From positions 24,883 to 88,882 of the forward strand of contig JAKMXF010000023.1 of assembly GCA_024704765.1 (NCBI GenBank): 64,000 nucleotides of DNA, in the 5' to 3' direction. The position numbers and the translations under genes were made by a program. Source of the stretch: Oopsacas minuta. Taxonomy: Eukaryota > Animalia > Porifera. Position 1 is the stretch's first letter. Every line of letters begins with the position of its first letter. Below the pieces are notes generated by a model, which saw only the letters and a program-made list of their open reading frames with translations, was not told the origin of the DNA and ran no database searches. Below, in pieces: positions 1-13,681 of the stretch.

Positions 1-352
1 ATGCAAACTGCACGTGTACGGACAGCTAGAGTAGCTTCTTTGACCATGATTATTTCTTGTATATGAAAAGTAAGAAAAATTGAACAAGAGAGTATTTTTA
101 GTGTCTATAATTTTCGGAATTTACAGGAATTCTATTATTTCAAATACGTAGAATAAGAATTGGAAGCTAAAACACGATTCAAATAGTTAATTTATGGCTC
201 TATTTAATTTCAAAAAGGTGACATCAATTTCTTAACACCCTGTATTGGGAGCTGGGCTCGTACAGGATCTTTAGAGGTTGTCATATTTTAAAGGTGCTGC
301 TTTTAGTTTACCTGTACTTGGTTATTTATGAAATTCGAAACATGGGATATAG

Positions 353-1270
353 CAGTGGTTTTCAACCTTTTTTCAATCCTGGAACCTCTTAACATATTGC
401 GGCAACCTGCGGAACCTTACCCTCTCTATCTTCTTTCACTCATACATTTTCCATAAAGAAACCATTATAACAAATCATGTATTAATGCTATTACTTAATT
501 AATTCTAATACTCTTTCCCATGTGAAACTTGGGCCTGGTGATATTTGCATATCTTTTATTCTTGCCTGATTGTCGATAAACACTCTCTTCCTCAACAGAC
601 ATAAGTCGTTCTCTTTTGTATTTTTATTGTTGTCATAGCAGAGAATCTTAGTTCACAAATATGTGTTGTCGAAAATAGTAGCATTTATTACTATGTTAGG
701 GTATTCATTTTCAATGGTGATCCAAAATGAATGGAGAAATACACCTGAATGTTTTAACTTCAATATCCTATCATGAAAAATTTCCGTTAATTCTTCTTCT
801 TCTCTAAGGTAGAACTGTCCTACGCTTTGTTTTACAAGTGACATCAACCCTATAATGATCCGGTCATAGAGGGTGCACCATCGGTGCAAACCCCTACACA
901 TGTATCCCATGACAAATTCCAAGATTCCAGATAAGAAGTTAAAGTTTCGACGATGTCTTGTCCTTTTGTTGTTTTTGGCAGTTCTTTACACCAACAAAAT
1001 TGTTCAATTATTGCCCCATCGTCTATGAAACGAATGAAAGCTAGAAGCTATCCTTTCCCACTGATATCTGTAGATTCATCCGCTTGAATTGCGAACTCAC
1101 AACAATTCAATTTATCGATGACATTTGCATCAATATGATTTGACATGTCGCTAATTTTCCTACTGATAATATTATCAGAAAGTTTTTGCAATTCTCAATT
1201 ATATAATAGAATTGAGATTTTGATAGATTTAGCCTGAACAATGTCAAGTTGTCAACCATCGTTTGCATAT
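353..1270 (-). mobile_element. Internally deleted hAT (Buster/Charlie/ZBED5-like) transposon remnant
   Basis: Terminus CAGTGGTTTTCAACC at 353. Minus-strand fragments read LSDNIISRKISDMS, FAIQADESTDISG, CVGVCTDGAPSMTG and EEELTEIFHDRILKLK..FWITIENEYP, which are Buster-type catalytic and dimerisation motifs. Frameshifts and stops present. Confidence 0.8.
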
Positions 1271-1878
1271 GCAAATATTCGCTGCATAGCTAGGGTTAGT
1301 ATTGTACATTTTGTGATCTTGGAAAATCTTTCCCGGTTAGTGTATAAGCATAAAGTATAGAAACCCTACTATGAACTCTTACAAATATCCGTTCTACAGC
1401 TAGGCAGGGTATATACATGTTATGCAAGATGATTTGGTTATAACATTATAGTATCAAAACTGGGTAATTACTCACTATTGTATATGGCTAACAGCGCCCC
1501 CATACCACTGCTGGTTATGTTTTGTATTTGAATAACAACCCGCGTTTTGACAGATCCTGGATCCGCCCCTGAAAGTATAGTCGGCACAGCAAAAATGTTG
1601 TTTTGTATCTAATTTGGAACTCATCTCTTAATTTTGTAAGATTCAGGATAAAACTTTTTGTCCCAAATTCTGTAAAAAATTAGCATGTACATACTTGTAT
1701 TTGGGGATTTCAAATAGAATTGTTAATTATATTAACACTTAGAAGGAATATTCACAAATGGTCGATTCAGATCTTGAAATTTTTACTTATAAAAGTATAG
1801 ATATAAAAATAATATAAATGTAGAGATATAGAAATGAATTAGAAATTTAGAATAGATTCGAATTTTCAGAGATACTTT

Positions 1879-4800
1879 TCAGGTGAATTTAGTTTGTATC
1901 TGACAGATCTGAGTATTCAGATTCAATATAGAATCTCTCAAACAAGGAATTTGAGAATCTACCAATTCTGTCATTTGTGAGTTTGTTGGAGATATTTGAA
2001 CTGTTATTATGAAAGATAGAGTGTCAAGATGGTAGTATTGTCTGTTCAGCATGTCCTGGTGAGTAATATACTTTGGCTGTCCTAACCCGTTATTCCTAGT
2101 GTATTTAGGTCTTTGAAAGAGTTCAGAATTAATTTCCATTTTCTCCTTACTCACTTCAATACGCTTGACATAGTTTGAATTCTTGAATAGATTATTCTTC
2201 AAACTGAAAGTAGCTTTGTACATTAATGGCCATTTAATCCTATCATCCCATTCCCCCTGCATTACGTGTATATACACTCCTATATACTTTATACTAGTAC
2301 TCACTGTATACCAGTTTATACGAGCCTGTAGTTTGTAAAGACCTACGTAGAATGGATCGCTATAACTCTCCTCTCTTGAAATCATCCTCTTTTTCACTCC
2401 ATTTACTCTCCAGTATAAATTCTTAATAGATGGAGTCTTCAAGAAAGAGAGAGCTGTTGTTAAATCTTGTTTCATCTTCAAATTCTCTCTTTCTAGATTA
2501 TCAATTTTATCAGTTTGTATTTCCTGTATCTTTTCCATTTCTTCTATTCTAACTCTGAAATATTCTTGAGTTAACCTAGAATGAATGTGAGAATATTCCC
2601 TCTCGTGGTGTTCCATTTCTCTCCTCTCTAACCTAACCTCACATCCATACCGCATGTATATACATACTACTTCCTGTAGCATACATTCAGTAGCAAGATG
2701 CTTTGATATATCCCGTCTTATAATATATCCATCTGGTTGTGTGTCACAAGCATTAGGACACTCTACATGACAGTCATCGCACTCCTCAATGTGCATATCC
2801 ATATCTATAGCTCTGATCTCTATGTAACAATACTTACATGTTACTAGTCTGATAGGACATGTATGTAGCAGATGATCTTGTAGATATCTCCTCTCTACTC
2901 TGTAACCTCCTGTGTGTGTTCCCTCGCTATTATCTATATCATCACAGTTGTTAGGACATGGTATATGGAGTAGAGGACATTCTATTATGTGTTCTACCAG
3001 CTGCAGGAGTATGCCTGTCCAGGTACAGGCATCTACTGGACATATGACCTATACAATAAGAGGGTAATAAGTAGTGCAACTGGGATCATTTCAACCAAAT
3101 TAATAAACACTGATTAGACTTTGGAATCAAGAGGTTAAATTCATTTGAAATTGTTGCCAAAAAGTGTAAAGTATGATTAACATACTTCGCTTCCAATCGT
3201 GGGATTTCGCTGGTAGATCGTCCATATTTATAAACCTGACCACATAGCTTTTAAAATAATACAGCAGATGTGTAGTCGTGTTAAAAAGCTAATGCAAATG
3301 ATGGCATATAGTTATAAACCTGACAGCAGTGGATTATACAGGAATTTTTGAGCCTGTACTTTTTTCTTACGGGTACCCACGATAATATATTAACCTCTAC
3401 TACGAATTTGAGTCTCACTATCAGAATTTCGTGACCTTCGTGGCTGCTTAACTTGCACTTTTAGGTGCCCGCCAAACATCTAGAGATAATAAACCCTTGC
3501 CTGAAGGGTAACGGAAGTTTCCTCGCTGGAAATTTAGTATTCGAGTATCCTTTTTAGAGAGCAGATATGCATATAATTAATGTAGTATAGTTTGGTATGG
3601 AATCTGTAGAGAATTAAAACTCAAAATGATAAGCACTGCCACTTAGGGCTTATATCCCGGTTCACATAATCTGGAACAAGCAATTGTATACGCTCATCTC
3701 GTTCTTCTGACTTTTTATTGCATGCTATCATACTACAGTGCAACCTCTATAAGTGGGGTCTCGATAAATGAGGAACCTCTATAAGCGGGGAGTGGGGTAT
3801 GGGGGATACTATAGAGATAATTATGCTTCACAATTGAAATTACTTCTAAAAATTGGGAAATCTACGGGAATTTTTCTAATTTAGTGCTGAATTTGGAAAG
3901 AACACTTATTTCTAGTTATAGCTATGATGAATTCAAATATTTGGGTTTTTGTGAAGAAAATTTCTTACAAATGTGTATATTCAACCAACAACCTTAGGGC
4001 ACATTACAATAATCAAATATCATTGAAATATCAGTAGTTAGAGGGAGTGGTATACATATTAAACTCAAAGTCTCTGGTTAAGGATATTTACGTATAAATG
4101 GGGAATAGGCTCTCGTGTCAAGAATGTAAATAGCTATGTGTTTAACAAGGAAGTAAATAGAATTCAATGAAAGTAGACTAATTATAACGAACATGCTGAA
4201 TCCGATTTTCACACTTTTGCATTAATCATATGTAAATTTATTGTTGTTTATGATTATAAAGTAAACAAATAGTTGAAATCTTAAAATATACGTAGAGACT
4301 TGCTCTAAACGGCTACAAAGGGTGTTGATCTTACAAAATACTTCAATAATATATATGCCATATAAGTACATTAGTGAATTACATTGTTCTAAATATATCT
4401 ATATTATAATACTCAAAGGGGCCATCAATTTGGAGAATAATGGATATCTCGAGGCGTAATGCGCCGAGTTCATCGCGAAGCGACGAGCCAAAGGCTCGTC
4501 TATATTATTAAATCTCAATGATTGTCTATTTATCCGTTGTCAAGGAAGGGATTGACGGTATGCAATGTTGAAATTGTCACATAACTATGTATTTATCGTG
4601 TTTATTAAGGAAGTAAATAGAATTCAATGAAACTTCACTAAATATATGGAACATGCTCAATCCGATTTTCACACTTTTGGCTTATTGTTGTTTTTATGAA
4701 TATAAAGTAAACAAATTAGCCAATTTATGGTTTACCACTTTTTTGTGTAAGTAATATTATACATAATTGGAATCATGACTAAGATATAAGTGGGCGAAAC

Positions 4801-5173
4801 TTCCAGGACAATTTCCGGGAAATTTCCAGGACAACTGCCTGACTGGTGAGTATAGTAGCTTTAAGAGTACCTGTTTCTCACTCACAACTTCTCGTGTGTG
4901 TAGAGGTATCTGTAGCTGTACTGGCTGTATTGTATTTTGAGGAAGACACACATAACATCTTAACTGCTGTCTACCCTCTATCTCCAATAAACTAGCTTCT
5001 CTGAGAATTCCTCTGCATACACTACACAGGAGTAATTTCTCTTCAGAAGCTGTCAGATCAGTGTCACACAACTCTACTCTCCAGCCTCTATATCTACCAT
5101 CTAGCTTAACGAGCAAGAGACAAGCTGATATTCCGGACAAAGGCTCAGTAACAGAGATGTCCTGCGGTTCCAT
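1879..5173 (-). CDS. TRAF-family protein, about 490 aa (degenerate RING, TRAF zinc fingers, coiled coil, MATH domain); exons 5173-4871 and 3048-1879
   Basis: Exon 1 ends EKQ|GTACTC at 4871. Acceptor TTGTATAG|GTC at 3049/3048, phase 0, open frame to the stop at 1879. Motifs: CSVC..CYVC, several CP..C/H..C fingers, MATH WRVNGV..YSDPFYVGLYK..WDDRIKWP. Confidence 0.88.
3651..3725 (-). mobile_element. Short MULE-like transposase C-terminal fragment (intronic)
   Basis: Reads KKSEERDERIQLLVPDY; visibly homologous to 63832-63905. Confidence 0.45.
4080..4500 (+). mobile_element. Non-autonomous Helitron-like repeat (family A), 3-prime part
   Basis: Shares family core motifs (GCTGAATCCGATTTTCACACTTT; ATAAAGTAAACAAAT; GCTCTAAACGGCTAC) and ends in hairpin GACGAGCC-AAA-GGCTCGTC. 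Confidence 0.65.
4499..4735 (+). mobile_element. Helitron-like repeat (family A), 5-prime part, head-to-tail with previous copy
   Basis: Starts TCTATATTATTAAATCTCAAT, followed by the family core. Confidence 0.6.
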
Positions 5174-6795
5174 TATAGTGTAAATGCAAAACTAAATAGG
5201 TTGTACAAACAAAAGGTTACTGGCGGTACCCAGCAACGGGCATGGGTTCAAGTCTGAAATGTCAACTCAAATATTTTACATGCAATGTATTATTACAAAA
5301 TTTTCCAGCTGACTGACTGGTAGTACAGCTCGGGGTTATTTGTTTGTGTTCTTTTCATGGGGACGTGCGTCTCCCCTGGCCACCGTATAGATACCGCACT
5401 GCACCAGACTCATACTTTTGTGCAATTACAGTTGTAATCAATACATTTCAAATACAATTAGTTTTCAATACACACACAAATTATTGGCGCAATGAGAAGA
5501 ACTTATACGAGAAAGTATAATATGATTAAGGGTATCTTCTAGAAGAGCAACTGAAGAAACACTGAATTTTCTTGAATTGGAAACAGAATTATACTTAAGG
5601 TGCACGCGAGCTGATGGGACAGTGATTATGTGAGTATATTTTGACGATAAATACGCTGGGGACTTACGTCCTATTCCGTAGAAATATACACTGAAGAGAA
5701 TTATAGCAAAACTGAGTTCTAATTTCTCTATATTTCATTAGTAATTCTACTAATGTCCCAGCACTAGTGCAGTTAATTAGTGCAGCCAATTAGCATGGAA
5801 ATCTCGCATCTCATCTATTTCTACAAAAGGGTTCATGCATATCGAATTGTCCAAGAATAAAAGTCTACATTTTTAGCTAGGTTTGGTCATGGTTGCGCTC
5901 AAGTATGCTCAAAATGGTCACAGAAGATTAAATTGGCCAGAAATGAATTTAAAATTTGGCCATAGGACACTCAGGTGGAGAGACCCTGATTAATATAAAA
6001 TATCGAGAAACTTCTGACTTGGCGAATCTATATGTTCAACGGTTTGTACCTCCAAAACGTGTGCAAAGATGTTCACTCTCAATGCAAATTCTCTGACGGA
6101 TTTCCACGGCTCTAAATCTAAAATCTCACTCTTTGATGGCATGTTGAGCCTCCAGGTTTGCATCTATGTGTTAGACATTAAGTAGAATTGAAGACAACAT
6201 TGTTATAGGAAATCTTGCTGAATATAATTAATGAAATTTGAAAGTTCTGGATAAATTATGCCTTGTTTAGGGAACAAGCAGGGACTTGTCCTTCTGGGCT
6301 GCTGAATTGGCACTCTTAAGTGTCTGCCTATCACCTAAATACAGCCAGAAATAGCTATTCAACATTTGAACGGAATTGTTATGTTGTCTCTTAAAGAAAT
6401 GCAAAAAATACAATTCTTAAAGTAAGATTTTGGTAATCAGTATGTTGTGATTAATGAATTAAATATATGATTACACTAGTATAGTGAGATAATCCTTCAT
6501 CAGGTTCATTAGTAACCGAACAAGTTGATTATTACCCAGTTACCTGGATATTGTTTGAAATGTGAGTAATTGTGATTGTTACAACAAAACCTGTAAAATT
6601 TGCCAATTATATTTCTGGATAGAGGACTTGAATTCCCTGCAAAATGGATAATTCCATGATCCATTGGAACTTTCTAGAGAGGTCCAACCAAGGGCATAGA
6701 CAGAGTGGAGCCAACTAATATTTACTAAAGTCAGGTTCATTTATGGTATTCAAGCGACCAACAATTACATTATTAAATAATATACTATATTTCTA

Positions 6796-7136
6796 TCTAT
6801 AGTATTAAATCTCAATTTGGGTTTGTGTGTATGTCACACTCCCATATACAAAAGAAATCGTTTTAGTTCATAAAGTACAAAACCAAATAAAACACAACAA
6901 AATAACAACAAAACAACATTGTACTGGGGTAATCGAGTATTCTGATTCCGAATATTATGTTGTAAACAACATTTTGTGAATATTTGTTTACTTTGAGTTC
7001 ACATAGTAAACAAATTGCTGAAATATTCATTAATATTCAATTTTGCAATTCTATACTTTGCTAAATTCGAGGCACGAAGTGCCGAGTCTCTTGCGAACTC
7101 GCAAGCCGGACAGCAGAAGCAAGCGAAACGGCTCGT
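6796..7136 (+). mobile_element. Non-autonomous Helitron-like repeat (family B)
   Basis: A|TCTATAGTATTAAATCTCAATTTG..GTGTGTATGTCACACTCCCATATA start, homologous to 37287-37595. GC-rich 3-prime end. Confidence 0.6.
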
Positions 7137-7793
7137 GATTTATTATTTACGGTTTACTTAGACGTCAGCTAGCCGAAAATATCGGCTAAACTCTCACAGT
7201 ATGTACGTATGTATATAGTATATTTCTCCTTTATCAGTTAACATATATATTATCTACATTATTATAGGAAATAAACGTGGTGTTCTTCAAATCGCGTTAA
7301 TTTCCTATAATAATGTGATAGTTATTCATAAGATTGTATTCTAATTACAATATAAGTCACAAAATAAACCACCAGTTAAAACTCATTTGCCCATTCATTT
7401 AATTCCATTTTTACTATTGCATGTGATTCCCACGGTCCTTTATGTATATCATGCGGTAATACGACAGATCTGATTCGCCTTAAATTACACTGATATACAG
7501 CATTTTTGATGATCTTCTTTCTCTATTATTTTTGTATACTGTAGATATTTATTGGGAATAATTATGTATTTTTTTTCATTTTCAAGGGTACTAAAAGTAA
7601 GAAATTTCTATTTTAGTTATTTCGGTCTTTTAATTGACTACATGGTCAAATATTTCTAAATTCAATTCTATACATCACCTTTATCCAATTTATTTGGTTT
7701 TAATTGCTTATATGATGTAAATTGCCTCTAATAGTAGTTATAATCTGTTTTATTGCACTCGACATTTAGTTTATCTTGTTCATTTTATTGTTT

Positions 7794-8340
7794 ATGGCTT
7801 TCCGGTTTGTAAAATTCTCCTGAAAAGTTTTGTCGTATTTGTGGGAGGTATACTACAACTGACCAACGGCAAATATCACAAAGGCTATAGAACGCTGTTA
7901 TTTCGCATATTTTGGATGCCATCTTGGGGATTAAGATAAGCCGTGGGCTCCACACAATGCCTGTAAGACATGCGTTGAGAACTTACGCTTGTGGTATGCT
8001 GGGAAGAGAAAGAAAATGCCGTTTGCGGTTCCAATGATATGGAGAGAACCATTGTGTCATCTTTCGGATTGTTATTTCTGTATGACGAAAATCGATGGTA
8101 TCACAAAAAAGAATAAATCCAGTATTGCGTACCCAGACGTACCGTCCGCCATTAGGCCAGTTCCACATTCAGAGGACCTATCTGTACCAGTTCCATTGGA
8201 AATATTGGACATTAGCAGTGATAATGATAGTAGTGGAGATTCTGATGAGTACATACTCCCACCAGATGATAATTCTCCTCAGCTTTTTGATCAAGATAAT
8301 CTTGACGACCTAATAAGAGTTCTCAATTTTACCAAATCGT
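7794..8340 (+). pseudogene. Chapaev(3)-type transposase N-terminal (Chapa zinc finger) fragment
   Basis: Reassembled frames give FCRICGR..D*DKPWAPHNACKTC..PMIWREPLCHLSDCYFC..YPDVPSAIRPVPH, matching the C-R-x-C-G / D-x4-H / CxxC / W..H..CxxC Chapa pattern. Frameshifts and a stop; truncated at the microsatellite. Confidence 0.75.
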
Positions 8341-8342
8341 CT

Positions 8343-8913
<571 letters not shown>

Positions 8914-9297
8914 GTTTGTTCGTCGCTAAGGAAGCTGAAATGGAATGTGGAATTCGTATTTGCAAAAATGTTTGTATCTATTATATCTATGGTGTTAATC
9001 AGGAAAATATACAAATTTCATAAAACTTGAATAAAGGTTAGCGAATATAGTGAATCCGAATCACACTTATGGATTTGTCAGATACAAATTTAAGTTGTTT
9101 TATATGAATATAAAGTAAACAAAAAGTAAACAAATTTCAAAATTATCCTAGAAATGTGGTTTCAACGGTTATTGTGGGGTAATCGGGTACGCTGTTTCCG
9201 AATACCACACAAACTAATAGTCAAAGCGAGGGCCAAAGGCCGAGTACGGACACGAAGTGTTAGAATCCGCGTAACGCAAGCAAGCGTAGCGCGCTAG
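8914..9297 (+). mobile_element. Helitron-like repeat body and 3-prime end following the microsatellite
   Basis: Family motifs (GAATCCGAATCACACTTATGG; GAATATAAAGTAAACAA; GGGGTAATCG) and terminus GCGTAGCGCG-CTAG|T. Confidence 0.65.
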
Positions 9298-11131
9298 TGA
9301 TAGTTAATATTAGTATGATTTATTAGGTAATAAACATGCATGTATGTTTAATTTCATATATTTATCGCATATTGGTGCAATCTTCCAACCATAAAATTAC
9401 AAATTCTAGGCCTGTTGTGAATACATACTTAACTCATTCATAAACATTCCCTTCAAATTGTTCGATTCCAACTATTTTTATTTAATCATCAAAAACTTTT
9501 TACAATTTTGTATATTAGTGTTATCAATTGTTCTGCGAACGCCAAATATTGTTGTTATTTTGATCAAATCTGACAGAGTCCTCAACTGAGTGAGATTGTA
9601 ACCTTTAGTCTCCTCAGCAAAAACGTTATCTGCAATTTCACTATCCTCGATCTTCACTACTGGTAAATTGAGGAAACTTAGATACATAAGTTTCATTATC
9701 ATCATATTGATAATTCTCGAATGATACAATCACGGTATTTTATGAACCTTATACAGCAGCAGAGCTAAGAATCAATCCATAAACTGCTTGATGGTAAGAT
9801 GGCTATTCAGTAACACAAAATGATTTACCCAGAACAATTAGATAATGAAGGCATAATTTCCAAATCTTGTCAGTCAAATAATATTACAAATAACATGTTG
9901 GTATTACCTAATCTTACTCTTCAGTAATAAATTTTTGCATTTCTGAGCTATATTATCATCGGATGATATTTTTGTGGAATTGTATGAATTCTAAAGATCT
10001 TGATATATTATTTCGATTGATTAAACCTTCTCAGAATTTCTACGATGGACATTTCAATTTCCTAATCCTTATCGCCAAAGTTCTTATAATCAGAACCCAC
10101 TATACTACTATACTACTATACTCTTAATCATTCACAGATTAGTAATCTTAATCATCTTATTAATCTCACTATACACAAACTAGCTATTACGTAATTCTTA
10201 CTGAAACAGCTTAGCTATATTCTAGGGAAATTTCAAATTATCACGAAATCTCTCAAATTTAGAATGTTTATTGGTTAGATTTAGAAAAGTGTTTTCGCTC
10301 TGCTGTTCACACCTTTAGAGATTAGGTGTGAACAGCAGAGCGACGGAAACGGTCCTTCCTCCGACACGAAGCATTTGTTAGTAGCGAGTTTTCCAATTAA
10401 TAAGAAATATACATTAACCATTGAATGAATTAGATACTGTGATCTAGCTAGGTAGATCCGTAGAATTCTTTCAATCACAGATACAACTCAATATGCCAAA
10501 TGTCCTGATGTTATCAATTTGACCAATACAAACTCATTATGAAATATTACGTCATCGATAAAATCTAAAATTTCCAATATTTTTAGATATTCATAATGCT
10601 CGTTATACAGAGTGCATAATTTCTAATCAATACTACCAGAAAATGTGACAATTTTAAACGTATAAAAGGGGATAATACGCGTACGCGTATCTCGATTTGG
10701 TTGCGAAATAGGTTAAAATGAAGTGCGAAAATTTGGTCTTCCTTCTTGTTACGAAGGTAACACAATTAGTTAACTGAATCATTTAATCATTGAATATGGA
10801 TTAGATAGGGGAAATTTGGGTTATTAGAGTCAAGTATCCACAAGCAAAGTAAGTCATAGTCATAACCAAGTTCATCTGTAGAGAATGAGGCCAAGTATAT
10901 ACATGACACCCAGCTGGATGATTATCCTCGCCCACCAGCATTTCCGCTATCCGCTATCCACCCCTGATTATTAAACACACATACCAATTACTTACCCAGT
11001 ACCCAGTAGTCTAGCACATTTACTTTTTGCTTAATAGTAAATACAATAATTCTACGATCTACAAACTAATAACTACTCTAATATCTACAGATTCTACACT
11101 AACGTAGCTATCTCCTATAAACTAGTAAATA

Positions 11132-13243
11132 TCAAAAGAAATCAATCTTCTTAAGATAACTGCCAACAGAAGACCAAACACCTTCTTTGGTCTGCTTTTC
11201 TTCTCTAATCTTTATCTTATATGCTTCAAACGGGTCAAATCCTTCCTCGGTAACCTTGGCTAGATTATCCACCTTCATCTTAACATCATTAAGGTGTACG
11301 ATCCGATCTTCCCACCCAGGTTCAGGATTAGCTTTCTCAGATTCTATTAGAATGCGGATGTATTCACCAGTGGAGAGTGGATTCGGTTTAAGAGCTATCT
11401 CATTTAGTTTGTTAATGCTCTTGCGCAATACTTCCGTTATGCAAACTACTTTTATCTGTACTGCTTCAAATTCGTCTACCATCTCATCGACTATCTGTGT
11501 GGCAGATTTCACCTTACCACTTGCATCTAGGTATCTCATTTTGAGATCCTCAGATGTTTTCTTAACCTCCCTACGTTCTGTTGTAAAATAATATCGCATA
11601 TTCTTGTGTTGAGTCCAACTACACCTATTATAGCAAACTGTACACTTGGCGTTGTCTCTTCCGCCCCCATCCATAGCAGCACAGCCATGTTTCTCATCAT
11701 CTGCAATAGGACACGGATAATGACACGTAAAATTACACGTCAGACAAATAGTCACGTAGGTATTTTGAGGAAGATCATGTTTAACCATTGTGTCTTCATT
11801 TACTATGTAAGTAAAATCTTTATTACGAGCAAGATCGGATTTATGTTGCTCCACCACTGCAACTTCTCTCTTCAGTTGCTCCAACTTATTTAATCCAAGC
11901 TGTATTTCGGACTGTAAACCCACAATTTGCGTTTCAATTCTTTCCCTCTCTTCAAGAACTGACTTAGTTTGGATTAATGATTTAGGTTGGATCTTTGAAA
12001 AATGACTGAAAAACTTTTCAAAACTTCTCATCCCCATCTGCCAGAACATGGAAGCGAATTCATCTTCTGTTGTATTATCATCGAAAATTACCGAATTATT
12101 GAATTTGAAGAATTCCTGAAAAGGCATACGAGCTTCATTAATGCCATTCAAGACCTGAGGCGCTTTACCATCTGCGAATGTTAGTAAAAGATATATAATC
12201 CCTCCAATATCTTTCCCAAATAATGCCAGAATTTGATCAAATACGTATTTTTGAGTGAAGGTAAGTCGAGGAAGTGATGATTGAGCTATAAACCCCACAG
12301 CATCAATGTGATCTATTCCCTGAGCCCCTGGAATAGTGAAGAAGTTGTGGATCTGTTTTGTAATCTCTGCATCTCTCTGGATACCCCTAGTATCTCCGAA
12401 ACCTGGTGTATCAATGATTGTTAATGTGTGATTAATTTTAAATCCCTTTCGATGGTGAATAGTGTAAGCAGTTATCCATGAAGTTGGACTATGTGCCTGA
12501 CTCCTACCTCCATCGCCATCCTCTGTCTCAGTGACCAATTTGAACCTGAACTCGTCAGTATACTTAACTCCAAACAAATAGTTGATCATACTATTGATGA
12601 GAGTAGTTTTTCCAGAGCCAGTAGCTCCCAGTATCATTATCACTTTTTCATTCTTCACATATGATCCAGTTTTTGATTTCCCAAATTCAAACTTTTTAAT
12701 CTGAGTAGTTGCACTGTAAGATGTCTGATTTAATTTGAGTTTGTAGATCTTAACGGTTGGTAATTGTGCACACATTTGTGATTGTTTTATGATTTCTGCT
12801 TTTAACCTGTTATTGATATTTTCGATATTTTCATGCTCGATTTCTTCCTTTGTTTTAGTGTAAACAATTGAACTTAGCTTAGATGTGATAGAAGAAAATC
12901 CTGGTAAAGTCCACCCGGTTTTCTTCGTGTCTGCTTTGGAATTCCTGTCAATAGCAGAAGATTTTACAGGCTTGATTTCCTCTTCATTTACAGATTCTAC
13001 TTGTTGGTCATTTTCAACCTGAGAGGAATATGTAGTTGTTGCGATATTAGGTTGTGGAAGTGTCCGATTGACAGGTGTTAATGGATCTTGTTGTTGTTGC
13101 TGTTGTTGTTGAGTATTTTGGGCTCCCGTGGTTCTCTCATTTCGATTCGACTGCGAAATTAAGTCTCTTTGAATTTTGATAATATAGGAGAGCAAAAAGA
13201 TGAAACAAATAGTTATCAGTAGAGAGAACAGTTCTAGAAGCAT
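11132..13243 (-). CDS. Septin/AIG1-like (TRAFAC) P-loop GTPase with N-terminal hydrophobic anchor, Cys-rich and coiled-coil C-terminus, 703 aa
   Basis: Single long ORF with G1 GATGSGKT, G3 IIDTPGFGDTRG and G4-like LTFAD. N-terminal LLELFSLLITICFIFLLSYII. CxxC..TCH.PC..C..M..C..C..C.W..H cluster. Confidence 0.9.
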   Translation of the reverse strand: MLLELFSLLITICFIFLLSYIIKIQRDLISQSNRNERTTGAQNTQQQQQQQQDPLTPVNRTLPQPNIATTTYSSQVENDQQVESVNEEEIKPVKSSAIDRNSKADTKKTGWTLPGFSSITSKLSSIVYTKTKEEIEHENIENINNRLKAEIIKQSQMCAQLPTVKIYKLKLNQTSYSATTQIKKFEFGKSKTGSYVKNEKVIMILGATGSGKTTLINSMINYLFGVKYTDEFRFKLVTETEDGDGGRSQAHSPTSWITAYTIHHRKGFKINHTLTIIDTPGFGDTRGIQRDAEITKQIHNFFTIPGAQGIDHIDAVGFIAQSSLPRLTFTQKYVFDQILALFGKDIGGIIYLLLTFADGKAPQVLNGINEARMPFQEFFKFNNSVIFDDNTTEDEFASMFWQMGMRSFEKFFSHFSKIQPKSLIQTKSVLEERERIETQIVGLQSEIQLGLNKLEQLKREVAVVEQHKSDLARNKDFTYIVNEDTMVKHDLPQNTYVTICLTCNFTCHYPCPIADDEKHGCAAMDGGGRDNAKCTVCYNRCSWTQHKNMRYYFTTERREVKKTSEDLKMRYLDASGKVKSATQIVDEMVDEFEAVQIKVVCITEVLRKSINKLNEIALKPNPLSTGEYIRILIESEKANPEPGWEDRIVHLNDVKMKVDNLAKVTEEGFDPFEAYKIKIREEKQTKEGVWSSVGSYLKKIDFF

Positions 13244-13681
13244 GGTAACCAGATATTAGTTCATAACATATAGATATGAAACTTGTATTTATAGTAAATA
13301 TTGTATTTTCTAATCTTCTGTTTTGTAACAAGAAGTTGTACATTATCTAAACTGATAACATCAGTTCCAATTTCAAACCAATAATTCAAAGTTTCACACA
13401 ATGACTAACTCATCTTCTGATTCACGATTTCTTCGTGTGTGGTAGCAAATACACTCCAATATCCTATGTATATTACGTCAATCGCACTGAGCCTAGCCGA
13501 CTAATTCTTGCCATGCAACAAAGATGATAATACCTTTCATGTCATATCATCAGATCACTTTTCAAAAGGGAGGCTGTCACCAAATCAGTCTGAACAATTC
13601 TACCATCTTAGGGAACAAATATTGTGTTGCTTACAATTTCCAATCGTCTTTTGTCTGCAATATATTCAAATTTACAAAGTG

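Noticed and set aside
5900-6420. Possible additional degenerate hAT transposase on the minus strand
   Set aside because: Only weak motif resemblance across many stops; cannot be supported without a search.
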